The notes under the pieces are model-generated. The model saw only the letters and a program-made list of their open reading frames with translations, did not search any database and was not told the DNA's origin. 64,000 nt of DNA from Spirogloea muscicola. Taxonomy: Eukaryota. The stretch lies in contig WELB01000002.1 in the NCBI GenBank assembly GCA_009602725.1, positions 2,048,775-2,112,774 on the forward strand, written 5' to 3'. The position numbers and the translations under genes were made by a program. This document shows, one piece after another, positions 1 to 10,232 of this stretch. Positions within the stretch are counted from its first letter, which is position 1. Every line of letters starts with the position of its first letter.

Positions 1-1189
1 CACCACATCACCACCTCCACCCCCCACCACTGTCATAGCATCGCCGCCTCCCCCTCCCACTCCGCTTGCCGTGTCTCCTCTGCCACCCGTTCCACCAACC
101 TCCTCACCTCCGCTTGTTCCTCCTTATCTGCCCACAACGAGTCCCCCACCGATTGGCGGATTTCCTCCTCCAGTGCCGCCTGCTGCTCCTCCTCCGCCAC
201 CTCCGCCTCCTCCCCACCCCCCCCACCCTGTTGCTGTGGCCCAACCTCCGCCCCCCATCCTGCTGAGCCCACCACCTCCACCAGTGGTGGCGCCCCCATC
301 CCCTTCTCCCCCTCCACCAACCACATCACCATCTCCACCCCCCACCAGTACTCCTGTCATAGCATCGCCGCCTCCCCCTCCCACTCCGCTTACCGTGTCT
401 CCTTCGCCACCCGTTCCACCAACCTCTTCACCTCCACTTCTTCGTCCTCCTCCGCCCACGACAAGTACCACACCGATTGGCGGATTTCCTCCTCCATTGC
501 CGCCTGCTTCTCCTGCTCCGTCACCCCCGGAGGTCAGGACTCCAGTATCTCCTCCGCCACCTCCGGCGCCCAAGACTCCAGTTTCTCCTCCTCCACCTCC
601 GGCGCCCAGGCCTCCAACATCCCCACCACCTCCTCCCGCCAGTCCTCCTCCAAAGTCTGGTCCCCCAGTTGCATCGCCACCACCCCCCCCTTTTACCACC
701 CCTACCCTGCGGCGGCCGCCTCCACCCCCAATTGCCACACCGGCAAAGGCGTCACCTCCTCCACCACCACTCGTGCCAAGGCCTCCTCCTCCGCCGCTCA
801 CCACACCCCCACCAGCGCCCCCGCTGCCACCTCCCCCAGTTCCATCACCACCTCCTCCTCCCACGCCGCCACCTCCCCCTCCTCCACCTTTTGTTCCTCC
901 ACCTCCAGTCCGTAAGTCTCGACAAGCTTTCTGGCCTCATCTCACTACCTCTGTCTGCTGCCATCAGTCTCGCTCGTGCAAAAGGTTTGCTCCCTATCTG
1001 CATCAATTCATTGAGGACTTAGCATGCCTGTGGCTGATCATTGGCGTTTGTTACTGAGCAGGTGGTCATCACCCACCTGGGGTTGGGCACCACGCTGCTG
1101 GGGTGGGCAATCATCCCCCTGGTGTTGGAAAGCACCCGCCTGGCCAAGGCCACCATCCCCCAGGAGTAGGTCATCACAACTATGTTTGA
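1..1189 (+). CDS. Proline-rich extensin/HRGP-like protein, 5'-partial, with His-rich C-terminal exon
   Basis: Open Pro-rich frame with many SPPPP motifs up to 911. Intron 912-1061 (GTAAGT...CAG) splices in frame to exon 1062-1189, reading RGHHPPGVGHHAAGVGNHPPGVGKHPPGQGHHPPGVGHHNYV-stop. Internal ~320-bp-period duplication (1-190 vs ~320-510). Confidence 0.75.
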
Positions 1190-2252
1190 GGCGCCGCTCC
1201 AGGTGGTCTCTGTCACTGCTGCTGGTGAGAAGGGCACGTGGGCCGCAGGAGGACAATGATTGTCGATCCTAGCTAGACACACTTGGGCCTGTGGCATCTG
1301 CATGGTGGGCAGTTAGGTTCCTTTCGAAATCTTGATCACGCAGCTCAGCTTGCGCACGAGCTGCGAGTTGCTGACACAAGGTCAGCTCACGCAATAAGAG
1401 TTTTGGTGCTTGTCATACAAGCAGCCTCAGTACATGTAATACACGTCTAGGACGCTGGCACTGGGCCTTCGATTATGCTGGCTTACAGGCAACTAGAATG
1501 TCAGGATGGCCAATGTTTGGCGGCCCAGCCTTTGTGAGATTAACGGGCTGGTGTGCTCTAAATGCATTGTTGCATCTTCACTATCGTCAGCTTGTCTAGC
1601 TATAAATGCCAGAACGAAAGACGCTGACATTCTTCCTGCTCTGGCTGCTCCTGACGATGCTCCTGTCTGTTGAGGTCAACCCTCTCAACTCCTCCTCTTC
1701 TCCACTCAGAGTCCTCCATTGAGCGTTTTGCCTTCTCGGGAGGACCAGCAGACCGCCTTTGTCTCCGTGGTACGTACACAGAGCAGCTCGCAGTGACACA
1801 CAGGGTTCTGTCTGGTAGCAAACAAAGTCCAGAGGAGCACAAAGCTCTACCTGGCCGCACGCAGAGGCCAGACTAGCATGGACTCCGCCTGGGTGCACAC
1901 TGAGGCCGGACTACCACAAGTGGCAACACTTAATTACAGCTGGGGGGGTTAAGAGTTGCCATACCAATATCAGGGGGCGGCAGTCATCGCACAGCTAGCA
2001 CGTAGATGCAAGGCGATTTGCTGCAGCAGATGAGTGCATACATCACCTTTGCATAGATCACCTTTGCATAGGAAGCTTCTCTCTCTCTCGGCTTGGGGCT
2101 ATGTTGTCACTCTTTCTGGGCTGGCCGTGCGCAGCCACTGCTTCCTGTCCAGAAATTCTATTTGAAAGATGAGCGCTGTCTTTGCTCTGGATGGGCACCT
2201 TGTACGCAGGAGCTGGGCTAGCTGAGCTGAGCACTGGATAGAGTTAGCTTAT

Positions 2253-2600
2253 CCAAAGGGGGGGAGGGCTGTGGGGACAGAGGACCCGCTTCCAGGAACC
2301 CAGTCTCTCTGACCTGAGGCTGCTTAGTAGGGGTTACTAAGTGCTTCGTAACTGCATCGTTTCATTTTTGAGCTTGTGTGAAAAGCCAGCCTGGAAAGAC
2401 TGGACAAGGCCTGAAGGGGCCGAAAAGAGCTGAAAAGCACCTTTTCAAGAGAGTACCACGAAGGATGATCACACAGGAGGACTTGTGATTAGGAAGAAGA
2501 AGCTTTTCCCCGAACTCTTTCAAGAGGGGCGATGGTTTTGAGAGGCCAGCCCTCAAGGAATGGACAAGGTTTGATGGGATTGAAAGCGCAGCAAATGCAG
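2253..2600. mobile_element. Nested 3'-end fragments of CRE-like non-LTR retrotransposons
   Basis: The + copy encodes the shared C-terminus (FQEPSLSDLRLLSRGY-stop, ~2280-2340). It is flanked by the two halves of a minus-strand tail hairpin. A further minus-strand tail lies at ~2520-2580. Confidence 0.65.
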
Positions 2601-3049
2601 CTACACCAGGGGCTACAACAACCGGGTGCTCAAAAAGCCCTTGGTCGGAGTTGGAATCGCAAGCTGCAGTAGCTAGCATCCGGGAAAGGGTTGCCACGCT
2701 GAAAGTCAGAGGCGGCAGCAACAATACGGCCTGCCAGCAAATGCATGGTGAAAGCCTGGAAACGCTAGAGCGAGATGGTGGGGCACATGCAGTACACCTG
2801 AGCGACCCACCCGGCAGCATTGCACTTGGCCGGGCTGCTTGCCCTGCTGCTTACGTCCTTCACCTTAGCCCCTACTGAAATTTCAAGTTTGTTTTTCTAA
2901 CACAATGTACCGGCCTGCTTTGGCCTCCCTCTCAATAATGGCACCGCGCGCCTTTTCCTTGTGTAGCCCGCCAGCCTGCGCTGCTTTTCTTACAAGCAGT
3001 GTGTTGGCTCAGCCTCCCTTCCATGTCCTTCCCTTTATATGCGCACTGA

Positions 3050-3228
3050 GCGGGACGCCTTCTTCCGTGGCTGTGCTTACTTTGCAGCGGTCCCAAGCTC
3101 TGGCTATTCACCAGCGTGCTGGGCGGGCTCTGAGTCACGCCACCAGTTTTTGGCCCCTTCGTAATAGGCCCCCTCGAACCTTGTCAATTCTTTTCGGGCT
3201 GGCCTATCACAGCCATTGGGAGAGCCAT
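3050..3228 (+). mobile_element. CRE-like retrotransposon 3' end (ORF end plus tail)
   Basis: LQRSQALAIHQRAGRAL motif followed by the tail with hairpin GGGCTGGCCTATCACAGCC and GAGAGCCA. Confidence 0.7.
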
Positions 3229-4980
3229 TTCGTCCGTGGCGGCACTCCGACTAGCCGTATCCCTTCCGCCGGGTCCGTCGACCGATCCCCGCACTCGCAC
3301 TGGAGTGCGCCCTGCAGACAGGGCGTGGGGAGACCCAGTAGGCGATGGGTGGCCGTGCGGAAGAGTTCGTCCGGCATCTGGAGTGCGTCGTAAAGCGGAA
3401 GCGCTGAGAGCCAGGCTGCCGCGCCAGGGGAAGATGACGAGCGCAGCCAGGCGTGCCCGCGCACCTCTGTTGGAGGGAGGAGCTGCAGCGTGGCCGTGAA
3501 GGCCGCTTTGTCGATGACCGCCATGTAACGCGCCTGCACCCACAAGTCAGGGGAGTGGGCCAGATAGGCAAAGGGCACCACGCACTCGGCTAGGGCTGGG
3601 TGCTCGGCGAGTAGCTCTTGTTGAGCAGAGCGGAGCGCCACCTGGAACGGCAGCGAGCCGGTCTCCACGTCCAGCAGCCTGCTGCAGCAGGGGCCGCCCG
3701 TCGAGCAGGAAGCGCTGAGCCACCGACTGTGCGACCTGGGCCCAGCTGCCGAGGTACGCTGGCCTGCAGGTGCGAGCGAGCGAGCGGCAGCCGAGGCCGC
3801 CCTGGGCGAGGGGTAGAGTGGCCTGGTGAACAGCCGCAGGCGTGTTGAGGAAGCCGGTGTGACGAATGAGGGGCCGCCACGCTCTCCGTGACGCCAGTGT
3901 TAAATGTGGCGTAGGCCTCCAGCACCTCGGGGCAGGGAGGGGTAGCCCGCGCAAGGTAGTGGGGCCGCTGCACAATGCTTCTGGTGAGCATAGCCAGGGC
4001 CAGCTGCATATCCTGCAGCTCGGGGAGGCGGGCCGCTGGTCGTAGGGTGCTCCTGGAGCCGGGCCCGCAGCTGCTCTTCCACGACAGACGGCGTGCCGAG
4101 GGGGACCCCTAGGTTGGTGAGGCCGCCCGGAGGAGTCTGGCACCCTGTGGGCAGAGGCAAGGGGGCAGGAAGGCCGCGAGGAGACCACGCGACGCACTTC
4201 TCGGCCCGAATGGTCAAGCCGAGGGCGGCCAGCTGCTGCTGGAGGGTGGCGGTGGCTGCCAGCACGTCCTTTGGGCTGCCGACCAGTGTTGTGTCGTCAG
4301 CGTAGGTCGGCAAGAGGACGCTGGGGTGCGCCGCCGCAGTAGCCTTGAGAGCGCGGCAGTGAGCCGATGCAATAAAGAACCCTGCCAAAGGATCCCCCTG
4401 GCGTGTGCCGTCCTCGATTGCAGCGTCTCCACCCCACCACACCCCGTCCATCACAGAAGGTCGCTGGGCTGGCCGCAGCCAAGGCGGAAGAAGGGAAGGA
4501 GGGAAGGGAAGGCTGCTCGTAGCTCCTCGGCGATGGTGTTGCACCTACGCTGTTGAAAGCGTTTTGCACGTCGACAGCCAGGACCATCCAGTCAGGGTGG
4601 AGATCAGGGCCGCGCGGACGCCGTGGACGACAGCCTCCCCGCCGCTTCGTAGCCCAGCGCCATACTGATGTGGGGCAAGGTCGGTCTGCGCCTGCCCGAG
4701 ATGTTGCTGCGACAGCGTGCAGGCAACCAGGCGGTACAGGACCTCTCCTGCTAAGCAGTCTCAGGTCAGAGAACTGGGAGCGGGTCCCCTGGCCAGAGCG
4801 AGAGGCAGCAGCGAGGGCTCGTCCGGCACGCAGGTGCAGCGCGCGGGCCATAGACCTCTGCAGCGAGACGGCCAAGCGCATGCGGTGCAAACCGCAGAGC
4901 TTCTCTTTTGCCACAGCCGTCGCCCCGCGCCGGGCGCTCGCACGCCTCCCCCGACGGGCCTCGGTGTCGCGCCCCACGTT
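3229..4980 (-). mobile_element. Frameshifted CRE-like (RLE-type) non-LTR retrotransposon reverse transcriptase
   Basis: Motifs across frames: VLAVDVQNAFNSV, GTRQGDPLAG, YADD, LGVPLG, LPLAQGGLG, AAAWLSALP, and CECG..DP at the start of the zinc knuckle. 4745-4980 is the C-terminus of a second copy. Confidence 0.85.
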
Positions 4981-5039
4981 CAGGCCAGTGAGGAAACGCT
5001 TCCCAGGCCAGTGGGGTGCTCTGCAGCTTCCTTCTCCAG

Positions 5040-5490
5040 CTGACCCACTTCCAGGAGCCTAGCTTCTCTGACCTGAGGCTGCTTAGCAGGGATTACTGAG
5101 TAATACGTAGCTGCGTTGTTTCCTGTTGTGCTTGTTTTTCTTAGCGCTTCCCCTGGCCCCCTTCTCGTACTTTGTTCCTTCTATTTTGGGCTGGCTTTTC
5201 CAGCCACCATCCTCAATGAAGAAGTGGCTCTTCCAATGGGGGCAAGGGCTGTGAGAAGCCAGCCCGAAAAGAATTGACAAGGTTCGAAAGGGCCAAACTA
5301 CGAGCTAAGCAGCGACTGCGGGGCCTGAAGAGGCTATGGCAGAACGGGGGAGGATGGACCACTCAGTAGTTACGAGTGAGGAGCCTCACATCCGACAGAC
5401 TAGCTGCCGGAAAACTATCCCCCTGACGAACGCCGGAGGCCGGAGCGAGAGCACGGCCAGCACGCAGATGGGCGAGCCCTTTCTTCTTTT
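5040..5490. mobile_element. CRE-like tail (+) interrupted by a second-family tail (-)
   Basis: The + tail runs 5040-5219 to ...ATCCTCAATG and resumes at ~5468 with ATGGGCGAGCCC. 5220-5337 is the reverse complement of 16745-16866. Confidence 0.7.
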
Positions 5491-5624
5491 CTTCCCCTCT
5501 CCAGCGGCTTGTCCGTCAGGCCATTGATCGGCGGCCAGGGCTGCCAGGTGCGATGCCCGGCTTCAACGCCGCCGGTTCGCTCGCCCAGGTATCCCGCATG
5601 CGCCTGGCGGTCTCGTTTCAGCGA

Positions 5625-6195
5625 GAGAAGGGCTCGCCCATTGAGGATAGGGGCTGGAAAAGCCAGCCCAAAAAAGAATGAACAAAGTACGAGGAGGGGG
5701 CCAGGGAAGCGCTAAGCAAATTAAGCACAACAAGAAACGAAGCAGCTACGTATTACTCAGTACCCCCTGCTAAGAAGCCTCAGCTCAGAGAAGCTAGGCT
5801 CCTGGAAGTGGGTCCCCTGGCTAGAGCCAGAGGCAGCAGCGAGGGCTCCGCCGGCACGTAGAGGGCCATAGACCTCTGCAGCGAGACGGCCAAGCGCATC
5901 CGGTACACCTGCGCTAGCGACCCGGCTGCAGGAAAGTACCCCAGCTCCCCATGGAAGCGGCGGACGATGGCGTGGCGGGCGAGCTGGTTGAGCAGCTCGA
6001 GCCACCGAGCGCCCAACGCCCCATGCGTGTCGATAGCGAGCGGGAAGAACTCGTCTTCCCGCGGATGATCAGCATACTTGAGCTCCTTAGCTCGAGCGGC
6101 GCAGGCGACCGCATACCCAGCCTTGATGGCACATTGGGCTGGGTGTGAGCGGTCGTATGCGTCTGTGCTCACCACGTCCAGGAGAAGACGTGGCC
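5625..6195 (-). mobile_element. CRE-like restriction-like endonuclease C-terminus plus 3' tail
   Basis: AARAKELKY...FFPLAIDTHGALG..WLELLNQLA...LAVSLQR is typical of the RLE C-terminal region. It ends FSELRLLSRGY-stop. The tail at 5640-5815 is an inverted copy of 5040-5219. Confidence 0.8.
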
Positions 6196-6199
6196 CGCC

Positions 6200-6450
6200 G
6201 GCTTGTGGGGTTCAACGCTCCCTTGCCCCCATTGGAGAACCACCTTCCTTTCTGCCACCACCTAGAGCTCGCCCAGCTTTTTGGGTCCAGGCGGAGTGCC
6301 TCTTTTCCTAGCTGCTTAGCTGCGTTTGTAGCTGCTTGGTTTTCCTGTTTTTCTGTGGTGCTTCCCCTGGCCCCTTCTCGTCCTTTGTTCATTCTTCTTT
6401 GGGCTGGCTTTTTCCAGCCCCTATCCTCAATGGGCGAGCCCTTCTTCTCT
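6200..6450 (+). mobile_element. CRE-like 3' tail immediately upstream of the BPI/LBP gene
   Basis: Hairpin GGGCTGG-CTTTTT-CCAGCCC at 6401-6420, then ATGGGCGAGCCCTTCTTCTCT. Confidence 0.75.
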
Positions 6451-6593
6451 TATGGTTAACGGTTCAACATGGGTTTGGTGCCGGTTGGACGTCAAGCTGC
6501 GGGGGGGGCGATCTTTCTTCTTGTGCTTGTTTTTCTTAGTTGAAGAGCGTGCTTGAGTATGCCCCCGCCCCTGGCCCGTGCCTACCCGCCGCC

Positions 6594-9500
6594 ATGGCCT
6601 CGCCGCCGCCGCCGCCGCCGCCGGCAGCGCGGCTCGCGGCAAGCCTGCTGCTCGTCCTCGCCGCGGCCGCGCACTGCGCTGCCGGCCTTACCGGACTGCC
6701 CGAGCTCGGCAGGCAGGCGCACCCGCCTCGAAGCCCCGCCGCCCTGTTGCATCGCAGCAGCTCGTGGCGGCTCGCAGCCGCCGGCATTAGCCAGGAACGC
6801 ACACCGCTCGGGAACGGCCTTCTCTGGCGCGAACTTACCGCAGGCTTCCCTCACGTCCCTCTGTGCTGGCGCGCAGGCCGCGGTTGCCCGTCGAGACCTT
6901 GTCACTGGCGCAGAGAGATTGGTCGGGCGGTCCCAGCGCGAGCAGTTGGCGGCACGGAGCGGCCGTTGCTTCTGCGCACAGGCCAGGCCTGCAAAACGAG
7001 CCTGGCGGTGCAGTCGAGAAGGGGCAGCCTGGGATGCTGGCCACGCTTTCGGAGCGCGGCCTCACGTATGTCAAGGACGTCCTGATCGAGCAGGTGCTCG
7101 AGGAGCTCACACCCCTCCACGGTGAGACCTTCAGTCCCGTCTGTCTGGTCATCTCATCGCCGCTTCGGTGACTGGTGGAAGGTCACTGTGCGGGCTGATA
7201 CGTGCTGATGACGAGAACGTGCAGCGCTGGTGTTGAATTGAGATGCAGCCCTCTTGTGTTGCATGCAGTTCCCGACATCAGGGTGCGAGTGAGTTTCAAA
7301 GTTGGCCACGTAGACCTCCGGCTCTCTAGGATCACGGTTCTGGGGGCGCTGGTTCCGAACGCCGAGATCGACCTCGGTGACTCTGGTGTGACCATCTTTG
7401 CCTCTGGAGTGGTCGCCAACATCACCTTGGACTGGCAAGTCGTGGCCTCCGGCGGCATAGTTCCCATTTCCGTGAAGGACCACGGGTATGCGAACGTCAG
7501 GGTGAGGAAGAATATGCTGTGAGCATTGCCTCCTCACGGAGGCCGATCCAGCATGCGTGTTGCCTCAAGCCTGTACCTAGTCTCTGGCTCTACTTCTCTG
7601 CATTTGCTGGTCACTAACTCCCGAGACGAATTTGGCAGGCACAAGGGGTGCAAGCTGGCGTGACTGCGGGGCTGGAGACTGTAAATGGAGCTTTGAATCT
7701 GACAGTAATGCAGCATGGCTGTTACATTGACGACCTGCAAATTCACATGCACGGAGGGGCTTCAGTAATATATAATTGGTACAAACTACCATACTTACCA
7801 GCCACGTAGTCATTCCCTTGCCAAGCTCTATAGCTCATGCGCGACTCTTGAACCCTTCAAGACTGCATTCATCCACCCCGCTAAATTTTTACCTGCTTTT
7901 GTCATTTGTAAGTCATTGCCGTCATACAGAAGCCATCAGTGTGCAAGTTTTTGTTCTCTTCTATTCAGAGAGACAGTAAGCAGGTACCTTTGTGTGATTC
8001 ACTTGCGATGGTTGCTTTACACAGCTTTTGGTGTTGGTCAAATTCTGCAAATGCGCTTGCAGGCTAGCGCAGGGGTTCCATAATCACCTGCGAGCTGCTG
8101 TGGAGACTGCAATTAACAAGGCCGTGCTTCGTGCCACCAAGAAGTTGGACATGTACCTGCATGTATATTCTTTCACCAGCCCAGTCTATCTATCCTACAT
8201 AGTTGTCAGTAGATGCAGAACAGCAAGCACAGAACATGTTTCCTGCACCTTTATGTCTGCCCCTTATCCTGGCTTCCTAAGGGTCAACTGACAGCAGTCC
8301 TGAGTGACAAATATGCATTTCCTGAACAGGACCTTCCAAGAAAGGTGCCAGTTGATGACACATTGGCAATTGATGTTACTCTCGTAGAAGATCCAACTGT
8401 GAAGAGCAAGTACATGTCGTTTGCACTTCGTGGAGAATTTCTGGGGCTTTCTTCTCCTAGCAAGTTTCCTTTCCATCCTCCATCTCTTCCTGAAGGTGCT
8501 TTCTGTGGAGCCTCAGAGAGGATGCTGACTATCACGTTGAGCGGAGCTGTACTAAATTCTGCTGCTGCAGCCTACTATGAGGTATGTCTTTGCTGATTGC
8601 AATGCGCTGCTGCAGTACCAGGAGTATGTAGTCCAGGGCAAGACGAGATAGCCCGTGTTATATCGTTCTGATGCTATTTATTGCCCAACAGCCTGCTTGC
8701 ATGCACAAAACACTGACAGTAGCATGCAAGTTCAGTGCTGCTGACTGTACGTTCACTCATCCATGGACAGGAGGGTTCCTTGGACTTCCTGGTGACTGAT
8801 CTACCAGATGGATCGCCCTTCAAGATGAATACCGGGAGCTGGAAGTATGTGCTACCTAGATTGTACCTGAAGTACCCTAATCGTCCAATGGCTTTCCGGC
8901 TTGTCGCCACATCTGCACCTGCTGTCAACCTCACAGAAGACGGTGCTCGAGCAAGCGCAGCAGTTGACATGTACATCAGTGTCTACCCCAATGACACCGA
9001 GGATGATAGCGTCACAGTTGCTTGCGTCAACCTGGTCAGTACCACTGCTGGCATGCGCTCCATGTATCTCATGTATCTCCTACTTCTCTCTTGCACAAGT
9101 GCCATACTTGTCAGGAGGCTCATGGCAAACAAGTATGATGACACAGCTTGCGCTGCTCTGTTGCACTGAGCAGGCTGTTACTGTTGAAGGCTTGATGGGT
9201 ATCTCAGGAAACAATTTGACTGGTGAGGCTCACATGGATGACCTTACACTCAGTTTGGAGTGGAGTGATATTGGTTACTTTCCCATGAGGACAGTCCAGG
9301 TACTTCATCTTCTTGCATCTTGGTTCGTCTTTATATTTTATCAAAACAGAGTTTGTGTCAATCGTGCAGACATTCTAGTTCGTGAAGCATGATGCAGAGC
9401 AGAGTATGTCCAACTTTGGCCGAGCTGAGGCGTATGACGGTCATACCTACATGATGCGGCTGTTTGTAAGGAGTAAGCAATTGTGAAGTCACTGAAATAT

Positions 9501-9855
9501 CGCGACTTACTGAGCAACTCTGCAGGCGGCAGTGAGGACGGTGGTCAACATCATCATCATTCCAATGCTGAATCGCAGTCTGCAGACTGGCTTTCCCCTA
9601 CCGGTGCTACCTGGTGTTGCTATGCGGAAAGCTAAGGTGACCTATGCACAGGACTACCTCTTGGTCTGCACTAATGTGGAGTACACAGGTGGAGCTCCTC
9701 GGGGGAATGCTGCTAGCAGCATGCCCCATACTACTCTTGTGAATCATGAACCTGAAGTTGCACAATACTTGCAAGTGCCTCCACTACTGGCATTTGTGCC
9801 AGAGCCAAGTGGATCTCACTTGTCAGGTGGGAAGTCATATGCAGTGAAGTTTTAA
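6594..9855 (+). CDS. BPI/LBP family lipid-binding protein (plant LBR-like), multi-exon
   Basis: Signal peptide (LAASLLLVLAAAAHCAAG). Exons read LSERGLTYVKDVL; IDLGDSGVTIFASGVVANITLDW; GCYIDDLQIHMHGGASVIYNW; DLPRKVPVDDTLAIDVTLVEDP; VLNSAAAAYYE; NTGSWKYVLPRLYLKYPN; LSLEWSDIG; LNRSLQTGFPLP. About nine exons; the first intron boundaries are uncertain. Confidence 0.9.
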
Positions 9856-10232
9856 TGCGCTTGAGGTGATAGAGTATGTATGACATGTGTATCAAGATTG
9901 ACCATTTTTCCCGTAGAATTTTGTACTGCTAACTGTGACACTCCATGTACAGGCCAAGTAGCAGTGGCTTTGCACGTAAGGTGCCCTGTTACTGTATCTT
10001 CCACATATGTACAATACAAAATTCGAATTGAGTGACAGAGGTGTATCCTGTACACTTAATCTGAAAGAATGGCAGAAAATTGTTGAAACAGAGTCAGAGT
10101 GGCAGGCATATCCTGCTGTTTTTCAAATACAACATGCAGCTGTGCATTTCTTGCAACCCAAGCCTGCAGGACATCATTCCAGGTGTTTGGTTGTGACGTG
10201 TACTTACAATGTTTTGGAAGGAGCACAGCCTC

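Noticed and set aside
124..864. Gly-rich minus-strand ORF
   Set aside because: Antisense shadow of the Pro-rich + strand exon, which has the splice signals.
5040..5815. ~175-bp inverted repeat as MITE/TIR transposon or Penelope pseudo-LTR
   Set aside because: Both arms are retrotransposon 3' ends in opposite orientation. No TSD, transposase or GIY-YIG domain is evident.
6401..6420. Tail hairpin as histone stem-loop, Helitron end or rho-independent terminator
   Set aside because: It does not match the histone 6-bp stem/4-nt loop consensus, there is no CTRR terminus, and the context is eukaryotic. Where an ORF end is preserved, it follows a retrotransposon ORF.
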